DNA from: a virus
Length of the DNA stretch: 28,021 bases
IMG/VR virus record: IMGVR_UViG_3300000229_000001
Location: 1-28,021 of that record
Reading direction: 5' to 3' (one strand)
Part shown: positions 16,747-23,111 of the stretch, one piece after another
Position numbering within the stretch: the stretch's first letter is position 1
Layout: each line of letters begins with the position of its first letter
The notes under the pieces: model-generated
What the model was told of the DNA's origin: nothing
Database searches by the model: none
Seen by the model: only the letters and a program-made list of their open reading frames with translations
Program-made: the position numbers and the translations under genes

Positions 16747-16990
16747 CTTTAAAGGTTTTATTTTGGTTAAAATCCTGTTCGCTTAGATAGTCAAGATAAA
16801 GTTCTAAATTAAAACTACCCCCTTTATCTTCTAAGGTTGATTGATTACGCCACCACCGAACACAATTCATCACGTTCGGTCTTATTGGTGTAAATTCGTT
16901 CTCTTGTATCTTTTCTGTTTTCATTTTTTTAGTTTTAGTATTCATTATAATAATCATCATCAAGTTCTTGACTTTCAATATAATCATCAA
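16739..16990 (-). CDS. hypothetical early protein (83 aa as called; likely shorter)
   Basis: The first 15 codons (MMIILKVKNLMMIII) overlap the upstream gene. Met-16 (16945) or Met-23 (16924) is a more plausible start. Confidence 0.4.
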   Translation of the reverse strand: MMIILKVKNLMMIIIMNTKTKKMKTEKIQENEFTPIRPNVMNCVRWWRNQSTLEDKGGSFNLELYLDYLSEQDFNQNKTFKDE

Positions 16991-17258
16991 TTCCGTAATA
17001 AATCAAATCTTGAAGAACAATATCTTCAATTTCTGCTTTTGCTGATAGCATTTCTTGGTTGTTTGGAAAATAAGGATGACAAATGCCGTTAATCCATTGT
17101 TGGCAATCTTCGGCGTAAACGTCAATTTTTGCTTCATATTCGTCTTCATTATAATAAACAAATTCCCATCTAAAATTCAAATGAAATTCAATATCATCTA
17201 ATTCATAATAAAGACAAACATTATTTCGGTCGATAAATTCAATATCTTCAATATTCAT
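16935..17258 (-). CDS. highly acidic early protein (107 aa)
   Basis: Counted by hand: 14 Asp, 15 Glu, 4 Lys/Arg and 13 Tyr. No motif recognised. Confidence 0.55.
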   Translation of the reverse strand: MNIEDIEFIDRNNVCLYYELDDIEFHLNFRWEFVYYNEDEYEAKIDVYAEDCQQWINGICHPYFPNNQEMLSAKAEIEDIVLQDLIYYGIDDYIESQELDDDYYNEY

Positions 17259-17268
17259 TTTCTTAGTT

Positions 17269-17406
17269 TTAAAGGTTTGTAAAATAAGCTAAGGTATAAA
17301 TACCTGCCCAAAACAATATAAACACAGCGGAGGTGCTTAAAACGTCTCTATGCTCATCTGTTAGGGGTGTAAAGTAATACACAAGGTCGGATAGTTTCTT
17401 TCTCAT
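17269..17406 (-). CDS. possible 45-aa membrane peptide, below the ORF-track cutoff
   Basis: MRKKLSDLVYYFTPLTDEHRDVLSTSAVFILFWAGIYTLAYFTNL, with one hydrophobic helix. ATGA-coupled to the upstream ORF (17403-17406). Confidence 0.35.
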   Translation of the reverse strand: MRKKLSDLVYYFTPLTDEHRDVLSTSAVFILFWAGIYTLAYFTNL

Positions 17407-17582
17407 TTTCTTTGAATTTTGTAGATTTCGTTTACTGCTTTGATTTCTGCTTTCACTATTTGTGATTTCTCCATAGCTTTAGCTACATCGCAGATGCTCT
17501 CCCATTGTTTCTCATTAAAGGATGTTCCTGAGTTAATTTGCTGGAGTAGGTACTCAACAGCTGTTAAATTTTGATCGTTCAT
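17403..17582 (-). CDS. hypothetical protein (59 aa), first gene of the early operon
   Basis: Hand translation: MNDQNLTAVEYLLQQINSGTSFNEKQWESICDVAKAMEKSQIVKAEIKAVNEIYKIQRK. Its start lies 25 nt downstream of a TATATTTG box. Confidence 0.4.
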   Translation of the reverse strand: MNDQNLTAVEYLLQQINSGTSFNEKQWESICDVAKAMEKSQIVKAEIKAVNEIYKIQRK

Positions 17583-17607
17583 AATTGGTTAGTTTTAATT
17601 AGTGAAG

Positions 17608-17615
17608 CAAATATA
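17608..17615 (-). promoter_or_regulatory. GTATATTTG box (TAnnTTTG type), candidate early promoter
   Basis: Plus-strand CAAATATA in the 184-nt noncoding gap after the terminator. It is the first such signal upstream of the small-ORF operon. Confidence 0.5.
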
Positions 17616-17622
17616 CGAATAA

Positions 17623-17634
17623 ACAATTAATTGT
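17623..17634. promoter_or_regulatory. perfect 12-bp palindrome ACAATTAATTGT (possible operator)
   Basis: Read directly. It lies 8-19 nt upstream of the early box and is flanked by the direct repeat AAACAATT (17621-17628 and 17635-17642). Confidence 0.35.
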
Positions 17635-17683
17635 AAACAATTTTTATGTAATTTATAATCATTCTAAATAAGGAATTTCCTTA

Positions 17684-17728
17684 ACAAAAAAATACCCCCC
17701 TGCCAAACTAACCAAAGGTGCAGAGGGG
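17684..17728 (-). terminator. rho-independent terminator ending the late operon
   Basis: Minus-strand RNA CCCCUCUGC-(16-nt loop)-GCAGGGGGG forms a 9-bp stem with one G-U pair. It is followed by UAUUUUUUUGUU, 39 nt after the metallophosphoesterase stop. Confidence 0.7.
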
Positions 17729-17766
17729 TTAAGCTAATACATTGGGCGTATTAACCTAGTGCAAAC

Positions 17767-18690
17767 TTACATATTAAATTTGTGACTATCTATATATTTG
17801 ACAGTTTTTTTATCTCCCGATCTTTCTCTCACACATTTAATAGTGAGTATTCTACCACCTAATGGCTTAATAGGAGCTCCTCTCTCTACATGCCACCCTT
17901 TGGATCCATCTCCGTACTCTTCTTTGTAGGTACCTGTAAGCATTAGGTGGATTTGTTTCTGTTTAAGTGTGTAGCCTGACATTGAGTGAGTTTCAAGTGT
18001 ATCTCTCACATCATTTCTGCATGAATTTTCATGTATATGTCCCATTGTAAATACATCAAAGTTCTCATAAAGTTCTAGCGCCCTGGTTAAATTGATAGCA
18101 CCTTTGGTAACTACCCCACCACCACCTGATCCGTGGAAGTATTTTATTTTGGTAGAGAAAGAGGTGGTATTATTTTTACTAGTTGATTGCCTAACTACTA
18201 CCCATCCACCATACCCCCCTAACTGCATATTAGAATTAGCTCTAAAATTTATATTATCTACAAATCTTTGAAGTATATCGGTTTCTTGCCATTTGATTAT
18301 AGCAGTTTCATGGTTACCGTATCCTATTAACTTGATTATATGAGCATAAGGCTTAAACCATTCTACAGCTGTATTAACTATAGAGTCTAAATACATAGCA
18401 TTATTGTGCTCAGGTCTTATATCAGATTTATTCCTCCTGTTATCACCTCTCCCCTGCATTAAGCAGAACATATCACCATTGATAATTACAGGGATGTTTT
18501 CTTCTAAGCAATAATCTAGGTGCCTTTTGATAAGATCCCTATCTGTATGTGGGTTATCCCAGTGCAAATCACTTAGCATAGCTATCCTTACTTCACTACC
18601 TTCTAGTTGAAGCTCGTGAACATTTTTAGAGTGTCTTATCATAAATTTATTTAAAGGGGTTGTATAGTTTATAAAGAAACTTAAGCACAA
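17767..18690 (-). CDS. calcineurin-like metallophosphoesterase
   Basis: All signature motifs are present: LSDLHWD (DxH), INGDMF (GD), YGNHE (GNHE), FHGSGG (H) and MGHIHE (GHxH). The likely true start is Met-17 at 18642, which removes the overlap with the upstream gene. Confidence 0.85.
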   Translation of the reverse strand: MCLSFFINYTTPLNKFMIRHSKNVHELQLEGSEVRIAMLSDLHWDNPHTDRDLIKRHLDYCLEENIPVIINGDMFCLMQGRGDNRRNKSDIRPEHNNAMYLDSIVNTAVEWFKPYAHIIKLIGYGNHETAIIKWQETDILQRFVDNINFRANSNMQLGGYGGWVVVRQSTSKNNTTSFSTKIKYFHGSGGGGVVTKGAINLTRALELYENFDVFTMGHIHENSCRNDVRDTLETHSMSGYTLKQKQIHLMLTGTYKEEYGDGSKGWHVERGAPIKPLGGRILTIKCVRERSGDKKTVKYIDSHKFNM

Positions 18691-19093
18691 ACAATACCAC
18701 TATGCCTGCTATAGCACCATATAAGAACAGCATCCAATTAGTTTTGGACTTTTGTATCTTAGCTTCTTTATATATGTACTTATATTTAAGCACATCCTGC
18801 TTTACTAGTTGTGTTTTGTACCTATACTCAATTCTAGTTTGCCACCTAGTTTTAGGTATATAGATATTCTTAAAAAATATAACGGAGTCTTTGGTTGTTA
18901 TTACCTTTTCCCATATAATGGTGTCATTTATTATTACAGGGATAGAGTCAATGGTCTGTATTTTTATTGTATCACTATCTGTAATCAATTTTAAGCCGTG
19001 TTTAAGAGCCTTTTTATAGTGGTATTGTGCCATTCGTTCGGACGAACACCCAAACATCGTTAAAACGCTTAAAAATACAATTAATTTTTTCAT
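18647..19093 (-). CDS. unimolecular spanin candidate (lipoprotein signal plus C-terminal TM anchor)
   Basis: N-terminus MKKLIVFLSVLTMFGC is a signal peptide ending in Cys (lipobox-like). The C-terminus has a hydrophobic helix, NWMLFLYGAIAGIVVLFVLKFLY. ATGA-coupled directly downstream of the amidase. Confidence 0.5.
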   Translation of the reverse strand: MKKLIVFLSVLTMFGCSSERMAQYHYKKALKHGLKLITDSDTIKIQTIDSIPVIINDTIIWEKVITTKDSVIFFKNIYIPKTRWQTRIEYRYKTQLVKQDVLKYKYIYKEAKIQKSKTNWMLFLYGAIAGIVVLFVLKFLYKLYNPFK

Positions 19094-19770
19094 AAGTTCT
19101 GTAGCATTGCTATCATTCTAGGGCACGGATAGATGTCTGATTTATCTTTTCTCACACTATTGTGTGTAAATATACCATTTTCTCCCCTCAAAGCACGTTT
19201 ATCAATATCAAAGATGCTAGCATAGTAATCTCTAGGGATGTTATACTGATCACAAAGGTAGACTAGAAGCTGTCTAGTGCTCTCTATTTGTGCATCCGTG
19301 TATTTTTGCCAATAGATATGACCTTTATATGGTTTGTCTAATATTGTAAGCTGAGTATAATCTACTTTACCACCTACATAGTTATAGTAGTAGCCATTTC
19401 TTTTAGTTAGTGGGCCAAAGTTACATATTTCTATCCCTACAGATAACCTATCTAAACCCCTATAAGTTACTCCTACCTCCTCAAATACTTCCTGTTTTAA
19501 TCCCAAATGGTACGCCCAATTTTTAGAGCTAAAGCATTGCACTATTGTGCCTTTGGAGCCTATGATAAAAGCAGTTGCTACTTTGCCCACCTTTTGATTA
19601 AAGTATTTAGCTACTGATATAGCATCTGGTCCACCTGCAGTATGGTGCAAGTAGATTTGTTTCTTGTCCGTGAGCTCGTCTATGTATTGATCTTTAGATA
19701 ATCGGTGTTGAACTATCCTGGTTATGTCTAAGTCCATTGATGTCTGTTTTAATTTCTTTAGCTCTTGCAA
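19090..19770 (-). CDS. N-acetylmuramoyl-L-alanine amidase endolysin (Amidase_2/PGRP type)
   Basis: IYLHHTAG, SVGIEICNFG, YTDAQIESTRQLLVYLCDQYNIP and IFTHNSVRKDKSDIYPCP match the Amidase_2 zinc-amidase pattern. Alternative start at Met-12 (19737). Confidence 0.85.
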   Translation of the reverse strand: MQELKKLKQTSMDLDITRIVQHRLSKDQYIDELTDKKQIYLHHTAGGPDAISVAKYFNQKVGKVATAFIIGSKGTIVQCFSSKNWAYHLGLKQEVFEEVGVTYRGLDRLSVGIEICNFGPLTKRNGYYYNYVGGKVDYTQLTILDKPYKGHIYWQKYTDAQIESTRQLLVYLCDQYNIPRDYYASIFDIDKRALRGENGIFTHNSVRKDKSDIYPCPRMIAMLQNL

Positions 19771-20185
19771 ATAAATTTTTCATTCCCTGCCATATATCTA
19801 TACCCTTAACTGCTTTGTAATTTTCATTTATGCTCATCACTTCAATTGATACCAGGACCAAAGAAAGTATTTTTGTAAGCATTAAAGGAACAGAAAAAAA
19901 CTTTAAAATAATATCGTTAAGAATAAAATAATCAATTAGATAGAAACCAATTACAGCCACCTCATAAAGCATCAGCTTAGATATGATAGCAGATAACCTC
20001 CGTGAGGTTATGGCTACCCTTAATTTCTTAGCCTTCCATACCCCCATAATAGTATCTACCACAATAGCAAACCCAATTAAAAAAAGAATACCTGAAATAG
20101 GTAAAAAAAACGCTCCAACAACCGCTAATAGTTGTACCATTGATTGTTTGAACGTGGATAATAAGATAGCTAGCTGTAGTCTCAT
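19694..20185 (-). CDS. holin (Phage_holin_4_1-like)
   Basis: 163 aa with several hydrophobic helices. DTIMGVWKAKK and SIEVMSINENY resemble the D.itG..kA and E..Si.EN motifs of that holin family. It lies immediately upstream of the endolysin. Confidence 0.6.
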   Translation of the reverse strand: MRLQLAILLSTFKQSMVQLLAVVGAFFLPISGILFLIGFAIVVDTIMGVWKAKKLRVAITSRRLSAIISKLMLYEVAVIGFYLIDYFILNDIILKFFSVPLMLTKILSLVLVSIEVMSINENYKAVKGIDIWQGMKNLFARAKEIKTDINGLRHNQDSSTPII

Positions 20186-20748
20186 AGTATTAGTATGCTG
20201 TTATTATATCCATTTTCTCTAAGGTTACCACACATACCAGTGCAAGTAGTTTGAAATTGAGTTATGCAAGAGCAATTGTTAAACATAGGCCTAAGATCAG
20301 TATCCATGTTAGTGGCAGATATGAATATAGGAAATAAATTTTTATTAGTTAGTAGCCATCTGATTAATCTCTGCTCAAAGAAACTAGCTTTTTGTGCATA
20401 GTGTTCCATACCAAAGGCTACCTCTGAACGTGATACGCTAGCAGAGTAATCACCTGACTGTGTTTGTAATCCTTTATTTTTTAATTGATATGTTAATCCA
20501 AAAACCGCATCCTCTGCACTTCTCCATGCTATCACTGGCTGTATAAACTCCACTAAATCTATCTCATCAGGTGTAAGTGCCTGAGCATTGTAAGCTGTTA
20601 GCATGTGATTGTAGAAAGTAGTGCCCAAAATAGGCTGTATCCTTAGTGCTGCCTGAGTAGCTATGTATGGAGTAACATCTGTTACATCTACATTCGCAGT
20701 TATAGGAGTATTAACTTTTAAGTATGTTTCTGTTATGAAGTATAGCAT
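20182..20748 (-). CDS. possible head-tail connector/adaptor protein with Cys-rich C-terminus
   Basis: 188 aa, directly after the portal. The N-terminus (ITETYLKVNTPITANVDVTDVTPYIATQAALRIQPILG) resembles gp6-type connector openings. C-terminal segment NNCSCITQFQTTCTGMCGN. Confidence 0.3.
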   Translation of the reverse strand: MLYFITETYLKVNTPITANVDVTDVTPYIATQAALRIQPILGTTFYNHMLTAYNAQALTPDEIDLVEFIQPVIAWRSAEDAVFGLTYQLKNKGLQTQSGDYSASVSRSEVAFGMEHYAQKASFFEQRLIRWLLTNKNLFPIFISATNMDTDLRPMFNNCSCITQFQTTCTGMCGNLRENGYNNSILIL

Positions 20749-22085
20749 TATACAGGGGTTGTTGTTTCGGTTACTACTATAGCAGCTGCTGCACTCTGAG
20801 TCATATCTCCACCCTCAATTGGTGGCAAAGAAGCCAACGCTCTCACCTCATTTATAGTCATAGTTTCAAGAACCTTATTAGCTACCAATGGACTGAGCGA
20901 GTTTATCGCATCATTTACTTTTGAGCTTTCAGCCTCTAGCTCTACTATATTTTCATTAATTATCTGAAAGTTATTGATAGTAAATTCTGCAGGTATCTTA
21001 GCGATTGTTAAGAGCTCATTAAAGATAGCCATTACACAGCCTCTTAGCTCCATTACTACATTCTTTTCAAATATCACATATGCCTGCTTAATATCTGCAC
21101 CTCCTCCAAGGCTTCCTGTAGTTCTTACTCCCATTAAGATAGGATCAATAGTGTGAGCAAAACAAATCTGCTCTGTATTAAGCTGTGAGGCTTCCTGAAA
21201 GAGACTATCATTACCATTTGTAGGTAGGCTTTCTATCTTAGGTAACTGATCCTGTGAATTAGCAAAAAATGCCACAGCTTTACCAGCGTTTACAGCTCCC
21301 TTAAGCTTATTTAGAGTTTCCTTAATCATGTGCTTTTCCTCCTCTGATTGCGGTCTCTTAGGAAACATCATAGCAAAAGATGGAAATACACTATTTTGAA
21401 TATTGCTCTTAGCAAAGTAGGAAAGCTCCCCACTAAGGAAGGCAAAGTTAAGTGCTGAGGTGTATTGTGGTAGTGAGTAGTAATCCTGCCCTAGTGATTT
21501 AATCTCATAGCAATATAATTGCTCATAATCAGAGCATGCTACGTGATAAGGTTTGATTTCTTTTACATCTATATTCGTACTCCAGTCTTCACATAGATAG
21601 TACATATCTTTAAACCTAGATATCCTTACTTTTTCAGGTGATATATTTTCTATTTTGACTAATTTCTTAGTGCTATCAAAATAAAGTTTAAAATATACCC
21701 TATTATGTACAATCAATTGCTTAGTAACAGCTTTAACTATATGCTTTAGTTTTGTTTTCCTTTCAAACATATACAACTCTAATTTTTCAGGCGTTGTTAA
21801 TTTGTCGGTTGCTAAAGCAAAACCGCCACCTATCACTGCATTAGTTTTGTAATCACATATTGCACCATGAAGTGGGCTAGAATAATACATTTGATTAAGT
21901 AGCTCAGGATAAAGATTATCATTACCAAATCTTACCCACATATTAGTAGCGTATCTACCATTTACATAAGGCAAAGTTAGATTACCTTTTCCTACAGGTA
22001 AAAATGGAGTACTAAAAGATTGATAACCTTCCACCATTTCAGGAGCCGTACTCTCTTTCTTAAATAAATTATTATACCATGCCAT
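20748..22085 (-). CDS. portal protein (PBSX-type)
   Basis: 445 aa. YYSLPQYTSALNFAFLSGELSYFAKSNIQNSVFPSFAMMFP...GAVNAGKAVAFF...ICFAHTIDPILMG fits the portal pattern Y..P.y.sal......f....l.Ng..Ps....NAGK. Confidence 0.85.
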   Translation of the reverse strand: MAWYNNLFKKESTAPEMVEGYQSFSTPFLPVGKGNLTLPYVNGRYATNMWVRFGNDNLYPELLNQMYYSSPLHGAICDYKTNAVIGGGFALATDKLTTPEKLELYMFERKTKLKHIVKAVTKQLIVHNRVYFKLYFDSTKKLVKIENISPEKVRISRFKDMYYLCEDWSTNIDVKEIKPYHVACSDYEQLYCYEIKSLGQDYYSLPQYTSALNFAFLSGELSYFAKSNIQNSVFPSFAMMFPKRPQSEEEKHMIKETLNKLKGAVNAGKAVAFFANSQDQLPKIESLPTNGNDSLFQEASQLNTEQICFAHTIDPILMGVRTTGSLGGGADIKQAYVIFEKNVVMELRGCVMAIFNELLTIAKIPAEFTINNFQIINENIVELEAESSKVNDAINSLSPLVANKVLETMTINEVRALASLPPIEGGDMTQSAAAAIVVTETTTPV

Positions 22086-22087
22086 AG

Positions 22088-22438
22088 TTAATCGTATATT
22101 GAGGTGCCTACTGGCCCACTTACCACCATTCTACCCTCTTCTATCACCACACCTGTGGACTGTGCAATAGTTAAAGGTAGTACATAGGGTACTGAGCTCT
22201 CATAAATTTGATATACAAACTGCCCTTGTAATAAAGTAATATCTACAGGCTCATTAAGTACAAAGAGATTGTACCTTTCAGGCCATAAGCTAGCATCAGC
22301 AGTAGTAAATAGCTGAGGTAGACTAGTAGTATTCATTTCATTAGTAAAAGCAAATAGATAATGAGGGGTAGATACAGTAGTAACCTCTGTTAAGGTTAGC
22401 ACTACCTGGTTAATTACTCCCTGTTCAATGTATATCAT
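22088..22438 (-). CDS. hypothetical virion-module protein (116 aa)
   Basis: The ORF starts exactly at the end of late-motif copy a. It lies 2 nt upstream of the portal gene. No family recognised. Confidence 0.45.
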   Translation of the reverse strand: MIYIEQGVINQVVLTLTEVTTVSTPHYLFAFTNEMNTTSLPQLFTTADASLWPERYNLFVLNEPVDITLLQGQFVYQIYESSVPYVLPLTIAQSTGVVIEEGRMVVSGPVGTSIYD

Positions 22439-22469
22439 ACCTATATTATATGTTTACTTCAAAATGTTT
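22438..22469 (-). promoter_or_regulatory. late-motif copy a: AAACA-N17-AATATAGGTA
   Basis: Plus strand has TACCTATATT at 22438-22447 and TGTTT at 22465-22469, 17 nt apart. It lies in true intergenic DNA just after the terminator at 22476-22501. The final A of the motif is the A of the ATG at 22438. Confidence 0.55.
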
Positions 22470-22475
22470 AGAAAT

Positions 22476-22501
22476 AAAAAAGCCCCACTAATTGCAGGGC
22501 T
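22476..22501 (-). terminator. rho-independent terminator after the 179-aa gene
   Basis: Minus-strand RNA AGCCCUGC-AAUUA-GUGGGGCU forms an 8-bp stem that includes two G-U pairs. It is followed by UUUUUAUUU. Confidence 0.55.
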
Positions 22502-22523
22502 AATTTTAAGCGTATTAAGAATA

Positions 22524-23063
22524 TTAAGATACTCCAATAGCAGCTAAAGCTGCAGGAAGCATATCTACTTCATAAGCTAAGTACTCATTTTCAGCTACCA
22601 AAGTAACGGCATATTTGCTACCATCTGCTCTAGCAGTTCCTGATCCTTCAGCTACTGCAGAAACTTGCAAGTAAGGGAAGTACCAATACTTACCATTCGC
22701 ATCTAAAATAATAGCTGTTAAATACTGTTGCCCTGATCCCAAAATTTTGATAGCTCTTGACTTATCAGCCTCACGTCTATGGAACATTAAAGCAATAGTC
22801 TGAGTAACAAAAGATGAGCCATTTACTAGGTCAATAGCAGCCTCTTCTGTAAAGGATGAAGTGTTCCTACGGATATAAAAGTTTTCAAATAAAGTAACAC
22901 CTGCTAAGGTAATACCTGTAATAGACCATCCTAAACCTGCAGATGGATCAGTTGGTGTAATAGAAGCGATCTCATCTTGTTGGTTTATCCATATACCATA
23001 GATACCCCCACTGTTGTTATCGCAACTTTTTAAAATGGCCTCGAGGGCTTGACATGTTGGCAT
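22524..23063 (-). CDS. major tail (tube) protein candidate
   Basis: 179 aa, bracketed by two terminator hairpins directly after the capsid gene, which suggests a high-abundance product. The CDNNSGGIYGIWI...DANGKYWYF...GTARADGSKYAVTLVAEN layout resembles siphophage tube proteins. Family not confirmed. Confidence 0.45.
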   Translation of the reverse strand: MPTCQALEAILKSCDNNSGGIYGIWINQQDEIASITPTDPSAGLGWSITGITLAGVTLFENFYIRRNTSSFTEEAAIDLVNGSSFVTQTIALMFHRREADKSRAIKILGSGQQYLTAIILDANGKYWYFPYLQVSAVAEGSGTARADGSKYAVTLVAENEYLAYEVDMLPAALAAIGVS

Positions 23064-23070
23064 GATTTTA

Positions 23071-23098
23071 AAGTTTATATAAAGGGGGTTGCCCCCCT
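23071..23098 (-). terminator. hairpin/attenuator after the major capsid gene
   Basis: Minus-strand RNA AGGGGG-GCAA-CCCCCU forms a 6-bp GC stem with a GNRA-type loop. It is followed by UUAUAUAAACUUU, 14 nt after the capsid stop. Confidence 0.5.
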
Positions 23099-23111
23099 CT
23101 ATGAGTGAATA

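Noticed and set aside
17793-17800. An exact plus-strand TATATTTG box inside the 3' end of the metallophosphoesterase gene.
   Set aside because: It points antisense into a coding region with no plus-strand ORF downstream. This 8-mer is expected a few times by chance at this base composition, which also tempers confidence in the other TAnnTTTG calls.
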